Below, one piece after another: positions 25,566 to 34,800 of a stretch of 53,118 nt of DNA. Each line of letters opens with the position of its first letter. The first letter of the stretch is position 1. The stretch comes from Candidatus Jorgensenbacteria bacterium (lineage in GTDB: Bacteria > Patescibacteriota > Minisyncoccia > UBA6257 > GWB1-50-10): positions 1 to 53,118 of the forward strand of contig JBBILW010000002.1 of assembly GCA_037444725.1 (NCBI GenBank), in the 5' to 3' direction. The notes under the pieces were generated by a model. That model was given only the letters and a program-made list of their open reading frames with translations, was not told the origin of the DNA and did not search any database. The translations under genes were made by a program, and so were the position numbers.

Positions 25566-26588
25566 TTAGAATCCGAATACCGGGCGGATAATACCCGCCG
25601 CCGCAAGACTGTTCACAATATTCATAATACCGAACGCGACAACAAGCAACCCCGCCGTTTTGAAGAACACGCCGGACCACTTTCCTTTTCCAAGCTCCAT
25701 CGAAGTAAAGCTGATAAGAGCGAGTACGGGCAACGTACCGAGCGCGAATGCAAACATGGTCGTAGCACCCCCTATGAACGTGCCGGTCGTAAGACTGTAG
25801 ACCTGCATTGATTGTGTGAATCCGCACGGCAAGAAAAACGTCGAAGCGCCGATAAGGAGCGGTACCAAGTCATGCTCCATCTTCACCGTTTTTTTAGTAA
25901 AACGGGTAAGGAATGCGGGCATATGAGGCTGGAAATATTTTGCCCACGGAAACACATCGAGCAGATTAATGCCGAGTGAGAGCATAATGAGCCCGACAAG
26001 CGTTCCTAATATAAGTGTCGCAACGCCGCTTAACGTAAACGCAGAACCGATAAGTCCGATGACTCCACCGAGCAGGAAGAAAGAAACGAGGCGTCCTGCG
26101 TGGAAAAGAATCTGCGGACCGGACTTCTCGCCCTCTTTTGAATATTGCGCCGAGACCGACAGCAATAAGCCTCCCACAACCGCAAGGCATGAGGAAACCG
26201 ACGCCACGAGCCCGATGCCGAATGCCGCTGAAAAATTGACGTTCTCCGCGCTGATGAGGTTTACGAGCCCCATTTTCTGGAGTAAGTAAAAGACGAGTGA
26301 AAACGCAATAGCAATCGGAACGGCAAATGTAAACTCACTCCACTTCGGCACGAAACGCGTTTTTTGAACGGTGAGCGTATATCCGTCTTTTTTTATAAGC
26401 GCGGAAAGCTCACGCGCGATTTGATCTGCGGCAGCATCGTTTTCAACGACCACCTCCGCGGTATTGTGTACGTCATCGACATGTACGCGCTTCACTCCCG
26501 GAACTTCGGAAAGTTTGTCGGTGATAAGAATGCCGCATGCCTTGCAATGCATCCCCTGCACATGAAACAAATGTTTGTGATCAGCCAT
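25566..26588 (-). CDS. HMA (heavy-metal-associated) domain fused to a DsbD_2/TauE-like multipass membrane domain
   Basis: N-terminal FHVQGMHCKACG metal-binding motif, six or more TM helices, and the FFLPCGFTQ motif. Confidence 0.65.
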   Translation of the reverse strand: MADHKHLFHVQGMHCKACGILITDKLSEVPGVKRVHVDDVHNTAEVVVENDAAADQIARELSALIKKDGYTLTVQKTRFVPKWSEFTFAVPIAIAFSLVFYLLQKMGLVNLISAENVNFSAAFGIGLVASVSSCLAVVGGLLLSVSAQYSKEGEKSGPQILFHAGRLVSFFLLGGVIGLIGSAFTLSGVATLILGTLVGLIMLSLGINLLDVFPWAKYFQPHMPAFLTRFTKKTVKMEHDLVPLLIGASTFFLPCGFTQSMQVYSLTTGTFIGGATTMFAFALGTLPVLALISFTSMELGKGKWSGVFFKTAGLLVVAFGIMNIVNSLAAAGIIRPVFGF

Positions 26589-26590
26589 GG

Positions 26591-28876
26591 TTATGAAAGT
26601 TTGATTGTTTTAAGACGAAGTGAGTTGCCGACGACTGATACGCTGCTCCCCGCCATCGCGATTCCCGCGAATACGGGACTTAAGAATATTCCCCAGATTG
26701 GATACAGAGCGCCCGCCGCAAGCGGTATGCCGATCACATTGTAGAAGAACGCCCAGAAAAGATTTTGCCGAATCGTGCGCATCGTCCGTACGGCGAGCAT
26801 ATGCGCCTGCACCATCTTGTGGATGTCGCCCTTCAGCAACGTTATGCCTGCAGCCTCCATTGCGATATCGGCGCCCGTCGCCATCGCAACGCCTACGTTT
26901 GCTTGTGTAAGTGCGGGCGCATCATTAATGCCGTCACCCACCATGGCGACATTCCCGCCCTTCATCTGAAGTTCTTTTATTTTTTCCGCCTTCTCGTTCG
27001 GCATTACTTCCGCAATAACTTCGTCTATCCCTGCAAGTTTAGCGATGTAGGAAGCCGCGCGCCTATTGTCACCGGTCAACATTATCGTTTTCAGTCCCCG
27101 CGCGTGAAGCGCGCCTATCGCTTCTTTCACGCCAGACTTAATGGTATCGCTAAGAGCCAAAATACCTATCGCCTTTCCGGCAACCGCAACCACGACTACC
27201 GTCTTCCCCTCATTCTGCAATTCATTGAATCTGGGCAGTTGCACGTCGTCCACATTCGGTCGGCGCACTATTACCTCTTGTCCGCCTACTTTTCCTTTCA
27301 CGCCAACTCCCTCCATCGAGGAAAAGTCTTTGGGCTCCTCAATCGCGACGGAAAGCCGCTCAGCCTCCGCGACAATCGCGCGCGCGAGCGGATGCTCCGA
27401 ATGCCGCTCAATGCTCCCTGCAATGTGCAGGATATCGGCCTCACTCGCGCTTCCAGCAGAAATAATATCGGTAACGCGCGGCGCGCCTTCGGTTATAGTT
27501 CCCGTTTTATCGAATACAATCGTATCAACGTGCGAAAGACTCTCAAGCGATTCAGCATCTTTAATAAGAATGCCGTACTCAGCGCCTTTGCCGACGCCCA
27601 CAATAATCGCCGTCGGCGTTGCGAGCCCCAACGCGCACGGACACGCAATCACGAGCACGCCGACGAACGCGAGAAGCGCGAATGAAAATGCGTTAGTGAA
27701 ACCGAGCGACGATGTGCCGATTGCAAGCCACAATATAAGTGACAGCGTCGCAATAATGAGCACGACCGGCACGAATACGCCTGATATCTTATCGGCGAGC
27801 GCCTGTATGGGTGCTTTGGACCCTTGAGCCTCCGCCACCATTTTCACGATTTGCGCGAGCATGGTGTCGGCACCGACGCGCGTTGCGCGGCACTTCAACA
27901 TTCCCTGCTTATTAATAGTCGCTCCGACAACGCTATCGCCCGCTCTCTTGTCTGCGGGAATCGGCTCGCCTGTAAGCATTGATTCGTCGACAGAAGAAGC
28001 TCCGTCTATCACCACGCCATCCACCGGAACCTTTGCGCCCGGACGCACGATGAAAATATCACCGAACACAAGCTCCGACACGGGAATCTCGACTTCCTTT
28101 CCATCACGAACCACGATTGCGGTTTTTGCCTGAAGCCCGAGCAATTTTTCAATTGCCTCTCCTGTGCGAAGTCTCGAACGAGCTTCCAAATATTTTCCGA
28201 GGAGCACGAAACCGATAACGACGATAGTAACATCAAAGTACGCGTATTCGGGAAATTTGAAATATTCCCGTACCTGCGGCAAGAGCACAATGACTGCGCT
28301 GTATATGTATGCGGAAAGTGTGCCGATGCCTATCAGCGTATCCATGTTTGCTACGCGGTAGCGGATAAATCTGCCGACGCCCTGCACGAACGGCCACCCA
28401 GCCCAAAAAAGCGTAATGCTTGAGAGCGCGAGCAATATTACATTCTTCACCTCCATCGTAATCGGCAGCGCAGGCACTCCTTTTATGTACGTACCTGCAA
28501 TCTCTAGCGCCATATTCGCAAATACGATGAGTGCGAGAGGAAACGTGAAACGCACCTTCGCGAGCATATCTGCAAGCTCTTTAAGCTTCTCCTCTTTCGC
28601 GCGCATATCGGGACCCTCGTGATGATGTCCGCTCATATCCATACCCGGCGTATGCACATGACCCTCCATGGACTCAAATGAATAGCCGATTGGCTCGAGC
28701 TCCTTATTCATTGATTCGAGCCGGGTGATATCCGTGTCGCCGTCAATTTTTACCGTATCAGTCGCAAAGTTCACATCCACGGAATGGATACCGGGAAGTT
28801 TGCCGACGCGTTTTGAAATAATCTGAGCACAGCTCGCACAATGCATTCCTTTTACCCGATAGGTTTGTGAGGCCAT
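26591..28876 (-). CDS. copA: Copper-translocating P1B-type ATPase
   Basis: N-terminal [11 protein letters not shown], transmembrane [25 protein letters not shown], and HP in SEHPLARAI. Confidence 0.9.
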   Translation of the reverse strand: MASQTYRVKGMHCASCAQIISKRVGKLPGIHSVDVNFATDTVKIDGDTDITRLESMNKELEPIGYSFESMEGHVHTPGMDMSGHHHEGPDMRAKEEKLKELADMLAKVRFTFPLALIVFANMALEIAGTYIKGVPALPITMEVKNVILLALSSITLFWAGWPFVQGVGRFIRYRVANMDTLIGIGTLSAYIYSAVIVLLPQVREYFKFPEYAYFDVTIVVIGFVLLGKYLEARSRLRTGEAIEKLLGLQAKTAIVVRDGKEVEIPVSELVFGDIFIVRPGAKVPVDGVVIDGASSVDESMLTGEPIPADKRAGDSVVGATINKQGMLKCRATRVGADTMLAQIVKMVAEAQGSKAPIQALADKISGVFVPVVLIIATLSLILWLAIGTSSLGFTNAFSFALLAFVGVLVIACPCALGLATPTAIIVGVGKGAEYGILIKDAESLESLSHVDTIVFDKTGTITEGAPRVTDIISAGSASEADILHIAGSIERHSEHPLARAIVAEAERLSVAIEEPKDFSSMEGVGVKGKVGGQEVIVRRPNVDDVQLPRFNELQNEGKTVVVVAVAGKAIGILALSDTIKSGVKEAIGALHARGLKTIMLTGDNRRAASYIAKLAGIDEVIAEVMPNEKAEKIKELQMKGGNVAMVGDGINDAPALTQANVGVAMATGADIAMEAAGITLLKGDIHKMVQAHMLAVRTMRTIRQNLFWAFFYNVIGIPLAAGALYPIWGIFLSPVFAGIAMAGSSVSVVGNSLRLKTIKLS

Positions 28877-28879
28877 ATA

Positions 28880-29146
28880 TTATTTAAGATCGTAAATGCG
28901 CAAAAGCTCTTCGGCCGTTTGTGCTTTATTCTCGTGAATCTTATGCTCCACGCAATGATAAAGATGCCCCTTAAGCAATGAATGTTCGGCGCTCCGCAAA
29001 AGGCCTATCGCCGCATGCGTCTGCTGAATGACCTCCGGGCAGTATGCGCCGCTCTCAATCATTGTGGAGACCTTGCGCACCAATCCCTCTGCTTGCTTCA
29101 CCAGCTTCTCTGCCTTCGCCTTATCGGCGGTAATAGCTTGTTTCAT
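28880..29146 (-). CDS. csoR: CsoR-family metal-sensing transcriptional repressor
   Basis: 88-aa all-helical protein with C (YCPEV) ... H-x-x-x-C (HLYHC) ligand positions. It is the first gene of the copA operon. Confidence 0.8.
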   Translation of the reverse strand: MKQAITADKAKAEKLVKQAEGLVRKVSTMIESGAYCPEVIQQTHAAIGLLRSAEHSLLKGHLYHCVEHKIHENKAQTAEELLRIYDLK

Positions 29147-29150
29147 ACCT

Positions 29151-29171
29151 GGTACCTAGTATAGGGGTACC
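29151..29171 (-). promoter_or_regulatory. Candidate CsoR operator
   Basis: GGTACCTAGTATAGGGGTACC has TACC...GGGGTA pseudo-palindromic arms with a G-tract, 5-25 nt upstream of the csoR ATG. Confidence 0.45.
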
Positions 29172-29201
29172 TCCCGTGTCGTCAAGAGGGGTTATCCCCT
29201 G

Positions 29202-29696
29202 TTAGCGGGCCGCGCAGACGGCAGCCGCGGCGCATGTTTCTTCGAGTGTGGCACAGAGCGGAATACGCGGACAGTCTTGTGTGAGGCGTCTCCGGATATA
29301 GCGCTCATTGGAAAATCCTTCTTCAATGCCAACCACAAGACGCACGCCGTCGCGCTCATGGTGCATCTTCCATTCGGCAAGTTCGAAGCGCGTAGTCTGC
29401 GCGTACGCGCGTTCGCATGAATGCTCTTTCTCTTTCGCGAGCCAAAAAAGGATGACACCATTCTCTGCCGCACGGCGTAAATGTTTCGTCTCCCAATCCA
29501 CCTGGTGCCCATAATCAAAAGTGCCGGGAGGATACTCGCCTCTCGGAGATGCTATATTGAGGCGCGGATTGAGCGCACGGAGCTGAGCAATCGCTTGCGA
29601 ATGCCAATCCTCTGCTCCTTGAATCGGCCCTGCGAGAAACACAAGCGGCCCTGATATTTCTGCTTCATGCGGCACGATAATCAGCTTGCCGCTCAT
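29202..29696 (-). CDS. Nucleoside 2-deoxyribosyltransferase-like protein
   Basis: The pattern VFLAGPIQGAEDWH ... QVDWETKHL ... VILFWL ... TTRFELAEW matches the Nuc_deoxyri_tr2-type layout as I recall it. The first ATG is at 29696, with an alternative GTG at 29702. Confidence 0.45.
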   Translation of the reverse strand: MSGKLIIVPHEAEISGPLVFLAGPIQGAEDWHSQAIAQLRALNPRLNIASPRGEYPPGTFDYGHQVDWETKHLRRAAENGVILFWLAKEKEHSCERAYAQTTRFELAEWKMHHERDGVRLVVGIEEGFSNERYIRRRLTQDCPRIPLCATLEETCAAAAVCAAR

Positions 29697-29698
29697 GC

Positions 29699-30052
29699 TC
29701 ACTGCTTATTTAAAATTTTTGCAGTCGAGGAAGAATACGCCCGTCCGTCGGCCGAAGAGCTTGCCCGTGTGTGCGTAGTCGATGAAATAGTAAGCGCGTT
29801 AACCTGATTTTGAAGGTCAACGAGCTGATTCTGAGTATTCGTGAGATCGGATCTGAGTTGCGCCACCTGATTCTGCATTTCCGCAAGCGTAACGTTTGCA
29901 TCAGTCGCGGAAACATCCTGCTGTCGGATGACGCGCGCGATATTCGCCGAAGCCTCGATGCGATTGCCCGGCATATCGGCAATAGAAGCACCTGCAATAA
30001 GCAATATGCCTATCGCGAGCAGTGAAAACGGAAGTACGTGTTTCGATGCCAT
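29699..30052 (-). CDS. Membrane-anchored coiled-coil hypothetical protein
   Basis: TM helix LPFSLLAIGILLIAGASI, then a Q/N/L heptad region QNQVAQLRSDLTNTQNQLVDLQNQVNAL. Confidence 0.5.
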   Translation of the reverse strand: MASKHVLPFSLLAIGILLIAGASIADMPGNRIEASANIARVIRQQDVSATDANVTLAEMQNQVAQLRSDLTNTQNQLVDLQNQVNALTISSTTHTRASSSADGRAYSSSTAKILNKQ

Positions 30053-30087
30053 TATTTATATTTTATCACACGCATCATGATAAAAAT

Positions 30088-30112
30088 AAATCCGCTCGTT
30101 ATGAGCGGATTT
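30088..30112 (-). terminator. Rho-independent terminator after the 31-codon small ORF
   Basis: AAATCCGCTC-gttat-GAGCGGATTT starts 5 nt past the TAA. On the minus strand it is followed by ATTTTTA. Confidence 0.75.
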
Positions 30113-30117
30113 ATGTT

Positions 30118-30213
30118 TTAGCGGCGGCGCTTTGCAGTCTTCTTTTTCTTCGGAGCTGCCTTCCTTCTCTTCGGAGCCGCTTTTCTCTTTGCTACCTTTT
30201 TCTTCTTTGCCAT
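30118..30213 (-). CDS. Candidate 31-aa Lys/Arg-rich small protein (below the ORF-track cutoff)
   Basis: My translation reads MAKKKKVAKRKAAPKRRKAAPKKKKTAKRRR*. An internal AAPK(R/K)(R/K)K duplication is present, a dedicated terminator follows, and an extended -10 TGATACAAT (complement of 30273-30281) lies upstream. No clear SD. Confidence 0.45.
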   Translation of the reverse strand: MAKKKKVAKRKAAPKRRKAAPKKKKTAKRRR

Positions 30214-30344
30214 ACGTTGTAATAAGTTATTTGAAATATTCGACCTTTCACTAAAATATTTTACTTGTCTTCATTGTATCATTTTATTTTTTCTTTTTTG
30301 CGCATTTTTAAACATTGTTGTGCATAACTTAAGGAAAATAAAAA

Positions 30345-30361
30345 CCCCGCCACAGGCGGGG
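30345..30361 (-). terminator. Rho-independent terminator
   Basis: CCCCGCC-aca-GGCGGGG. On the minus strand it is followed by TTTTTATTTT. Confidence 0.8.
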
Positions 30362-30364
30362 ATG

Positions 30365-30586
30365 CTATCGGCGGCGCTCGCGCCACTCGAGTCCGCAATC
30401 ATCGCAGAAATATTTCTGGACGCCTTTCTCAACATATGTGACGCGTGCGGGATGCGAGCATTGCTTCTGGAGTTCTTCAAGCTCAATCGCGAGATCAGCG
30501 AGTATGTTTTCGAGCGCCTCGGTCGCATTCTGGATTGCGCGGCACCGCGTACGCGTTTCTATCCGCTCAAGCGTCAGTGATTTCAT
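30365..30586 (-). CDS. Small hypothetical protein with a C-terminal CxxC element
   Basis: 73 aa, a helical N-terminus, then C-x16-CDDC and a basic tail. A terminator follows directly. Confidence 0.5.
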   Translation of the reverse strand: MKSLTLERIETRTRCRAIQNATEALENILADLAIELEELQKQCSHPARVTYVEKGVQKYFCDDCGLEWRERRR

Positions 30587-30600
30587 TGCGCTCCCTCGAA

Positions 30601-31041
30601 CTATGCGTCGCGCAACAGCTCAGTTGCATGCGCAACGGCATGCATGAACTCTTGGTAACCCATGTGCTCGAAAATTTTCCTCGTGACGCGCCGGTCCGGT
30701 ACGTAGATCTTCGCGGGACGCACGCGGCACGTGGGATGATCCCACAAAAGTAGCGGACCTCCCATGGTGCCGACCGGATACACGTCGATGAGGCCGTAGT
30801 CCTGCGTAACGAGCCAGGAATGCTCGAACCGCATACTCGACCACCTTCCATCAACGAACGTGAGCTCATCAAAAACGTTGGCGAACGCGCGCGCGAGGAT
30901 GTGGCAGGAGAGCTCAATTGGCCTTCCCCTCTTGTCGTTCCAAAGCCTTACCCGCTCCGGAAAACGATTCACCTTCTCCTCGATGACCGCAAACAACTCG
31001 CGGTCCCGTTTCGAGATGTCATTCCAAACGCCTGGCTTCAT
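30601..31041 (-). CDS. GC-rich hypothetical protein
   Basis: ATG at 31039-31041 is preceded by AAGGAG at 8 nt (the ORF-track start at 31059 is TTG). I recognise no family. Confidence 0.5.
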   Translation of the reverse strand: MKPGVWNDISKRDRELFAVIEEKVNRFPERVRLWNDKRGRPIELSCHILARAFANVFDELTFVDGRWSSMRFEHSWLVTQDYGLIDVYPVGTMGGPLLLWDHPTCRVRPAKIYVPDRRVTRKIFEHMGYQEFMHAVAHATELLRDA

Positions 31042-31139
31042 GAAACCGTCTCCTTTCAAGATTCGGTTGTTAATACAAAACTACGCACACCATACCACAT
31101 GTGTGAGACTTGGCAACCTTCACGCGAAAACTCGCGCGA

Positions 31140-31892
31140 CTACTGAAAAACGACAGGAATCTCTCGCGAATCATCAAGTTCCGGGAGTCCTGATGGATTA
31201 TCTTTCTTCAGTATCAGGAATCCGCGCGTGCCATACGACGGTTTCTCAAATGTGAGCGTGCCTGAAAACGGTACGTAGTCGGTCGTCATCCATTCTCCTT
31301 CGGCTTTCGCAAAACTCTGCGCAATAATTTTTCCGTCCCAATCGGTGAGCACAAGCGGAAAGCTCGCCTCAAAAAACCAGCTCCCTCTCGCCTTCCCCCA
31401 AACGGCAAGAGGCGAACTGATTGCCCCGCCAGCTCGAGGAAGCGTAACAACAACCGGCTCCTGCGAAGCCGTACTGCTCGCGGAAACCCTGGCATCAATC
31501 GTCTCAATCCCGATTGCATTTACACATCTTCCTTCAAATGAACTGCGATATGCGCAATTATTTCCAAAATATTTTCCGTGGATTACGACACTTCCCGTTA
31601 ATTTCGTCGTTGTCGGCTCCTCATACACAGCAGCGAAATTGATGACGCGTCCGTCCGGCAATGTTTCTTGAAATATGTACCCGTGATTATCGGGGAGTTC
31701 CCCCTTAATCTCGCCCGCAACAACAATGCCGGGCGGCGCATATACAGGAATATTTTTCTCTTTATCAGCAACTATAAAAAAGCTTTGGGTGTAAATAAAT
31801 GCAAGGTAGGAAACCATTCCTCCGACAATGAGCATAATGAAAAGCGTACCCGCTACGAAATGATGGCCGTAATACTGTTGAGAAAGATGCAT
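31140..31892 (-). CDS. Membrane-anchored protein with a C-terminal Gmad2-like Ig domain
   Basis: TM helix FVAGTLFIMLIVGGMVSYLAFIY. The C-terminus AISSPLAVWGKARGSWFFEASFPLVLTDWDGKIIAQ...W..FSGTLTF...GFLILKKDNPSG fits Gmad2. It starts 4 nt after the stop of the giant gene. Confidence 0.5.
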   Translation of the reverse strand: MHLSQQYYGHHFVAGTLFIMLIVGGMVSYLAFIYTQSFFIVADKEKNIPVYAPPGIVVAGEIKGELPDNHGYIFQETLPDGRVINFAAVYEEPTTTKLTGSVVIHGKYFGNNCAYRSSFEGRCVNAIGIETIDARVSASSTASQEPVVVTLPRAGGAISSPLAVWGKARGSWFFEASFPLVLTDWDGKIIAQSFAKAEGEWMTTDYVPFSGTLTFEKPSYGTRGFLILKKDNPSGLPELDDSREIPVVFQ

Positions 31893-31896
31893 GTGA

Positions 31897-34800
31897 TTAT
31901 TGGTTGACCTTATTAAGGAACCCGAACGCATCCTCAAAGTTCTTTACAATGACCTCAAGCACGGACTCGTTGGACACCGGCGTGATAATAGTGCGCATCG
32001 GAGTTTTACCCGTATTGCCCGCAAAATCCACTGAAACGATTTGCAGACGGTACACCGTACCCGTCTTGAATCCGGGCAAAATGACGGTGTGCTGTAACGT
32101 ATGCTCTTCTTTTGTTCCCACCATATTTGCAAGAGTATCACCTGCGCCAAGACCCTCTTCGTAATAGACCTCGGTCGTTCCGGGCTCATCGGTCTTCCAT
32201 GTCAAAATGGTCTGCAGCTGATTTGTGCGCTGAGGAATAAATGCGTTGGATACCGCAACCGCGGAAATGACCGGTGCGGCGACATCCTTCTTGGTATTAA
32301 TGACAGCCGACTCCCCTTCAACAAGCGTATTGTTCTTATCGTATCCAAACGCGCGTAAACTATAACGCGTACCGGGTGCAAGATTCTGCACAACTACGAC
32401 ATGGCTTTTTGTCTTATCTTCAGTCCCTGTCTGCTCAACCTTCCCGGTCTTCGCATTCTTAAATTCGACGAATGATGAGGTTTCTGTCTGCGTCATCCAA
32501 GAAACGGTGGCGCTATCGTTCTTGAGGTTAGTAATCGACGGATTGATTTTCGCAGCCTTCGTTGCAAATGTCTTGTCAGGACTTCCACCGACGACACCCG
32601 GGAACACAAATGCGCGCGCTTGGAAATGATATTTCGTTGACGGCGAGAGACCGATTAACGTAATTTTGTGGTCGTTGGCCTTGCCCTGTGATTCGCTAAC
32701 TTCTGTCGCATACGTGCTGCTTGCGTCGTATTCGTGAGCTGTTGAGTATGCAACCCCTCCGAACGTTTTAGAGTTCGTGGGCCACGTAATCGTTGCGGAA
32801 GTATCATTCACATCGCTCACACTTACCTCTCCGATGAACGGCGGCGCGAGTGAAGGGAGCATCGAGCTCACAAGGTTATCAAGCTGCGCCTGGAACTGCT
32901 CCGCATTCTCAATGGTGCGAAGATTTTGCGATACTTCTGCAATATATTTTGTGGTAAACGTGGTATCCGGCGAAGTTGCTATATTCCCCGATTGGTCCGT
33001 GGCCTTAACCTGCACGTGGTATGTCGTGCCGAGCTGTAACCCATACAGCGAAATAATATGTTTATTGGCGTATGCCGTATCCGATACGGTTTTCCCGTAG
33101 CTCGTAGTATCCCCGACACTTGCAATGCCAAGCGCAAGCTCATTAGTCGTAAAAGAAACTTTTGCTTCAAACGCGCCGATATCACTGACCACCACGTCCG
33201 ATATCGTCGGCGCAGTAGTGTCTGTGTTCGCCGCCGCCGAACCCCCTCCTCCGCTGTTCAGATATTCAATCTTCACTTCACCCGCAGCGCTCGTGGTGGC
33301 GACTTGCTCCGCCGACGTCCCCGTATTCCCCGCGGCATCCATCGAAGTTATTTGGAAATAATACGGCGTGGATGCGGTTAAACTCGGAAGCACCGCAGTG
33401 TGATAAATCGATAGCAGAGACTCCTGGTCGGTCGACAAATTGTAGCTTCCCGTGTGCGTGCCATAATTGATTTTTCCCGCAGCAAGCTCGTCCGTCTGCC
33501 AGACCGCGACGATAGAGCTCGGCGTAGTCACTGGCGTAGAAATGCCCGAGATTACCGGCGGAACCATGTCGTACGAAGTACCAAGGAAGTAATAAAGCCC
33601 CGCGTTATTATCGACCGAGGTGTAACCGGACTCCGCATCCGTAGATTCTACATAAAAATAATATTTGGTCCTCGCCTGAAGTCCCACGACATCAACTTTA
33701 TGCGCGGTAGTGGTGGCAGCGGACCCGATACGAGTGACGCCGACCCCTGTCTGAAGATTGCTTATATCGGTTGCGTACGTCACGTATGAATCGGAAGCCT
33801 TATCCGTATTCCATGTAATAGTAGCGCCTTTGTCGCTCACGAGCGGGATTGAAACAACCGAAATCGCAGGACCGCCGGGAGTGGTAAATGAATATCCCGC
33901 TCCGGCACTATCATCGGTTGCCTGATTGTTGAATGGGTCCTTAGATTTTACTCGATAGAAATACGTTGAATTCGGTGTGAGATTTTGAAGAACTATCGAG
34001 TGACTCGTGACGAGTGCGGTGCTCGTTTGAGATGAGCCATAGGTCTTTCCGGGTGTGGAGTAATCAACTTCGGAATCGGCGATTTCGTCGGTCGTCCATG
34101 TTATCTTCGCCCAAGTAGTCTGTACCTGCGCAGTGGCAGCAGCGGTAATCGTTGGCGGAGTAAAATCAGTTCCTCCCTGTCCGTCAGGCCTGTCGGACAC
34201 CGTTGCGGAATAATCGGACTTGTCTCCATCGGTATCCACTACCGCTACCTTGTAGTAATAAATAGTGCTCGAACTCACCGCATTATCCGTGTAATAGTTC
34301 TGGTTAATGTCGGTAACGTTCGAAAGCAGCGAGTACGACGCGCCGTCCAAAGAGCGGTATAACGCATACTTTGAGAACGTGGCCGAAGGCGTACTCGTAT
34401 ACAATTTCCACGAAACGAATTCACGATATGCGCCGATAGAAGCATTTGAAATATCTTTCAAATCCACATTTTGCGGAATGCCTGGAAATACGATGCTTAT
34501 CGGCGCGGTATTGCCATAAATATCTTTTGCGCTTCCATACACGTTTACATAATCACCGAGATTGGAAAATATCCACGACGAGATTGAAATAGTCGACGTG
34601 ACGCTCGATTGCCAAACACCCGAAATCGCATTGGCGCCATCGGCAGTAGTTCCGTCATTGGTGTTCGTAAGTATGTACTGATACGAGGAATCGTCTGTGA
34701 TAGTAAATCCGATTGTTTTCAAGGCGCCGCTCGCAGTTATTCCGCCGACGACGGGTGCTTTTGTGTCAACGGGGATTGTAACGCTTGCCTGCCCGATATT

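Noticed and set aside
25561-25827. The N-terminal 89-aa extension of ORF 25138..25827.
   Set aside because: The extension overlaps the 3' end of the HMA/DsbD_2 gene in another frame. The ATG at 25560 gives a clean TM anchor 5 nt after the upstream stop.
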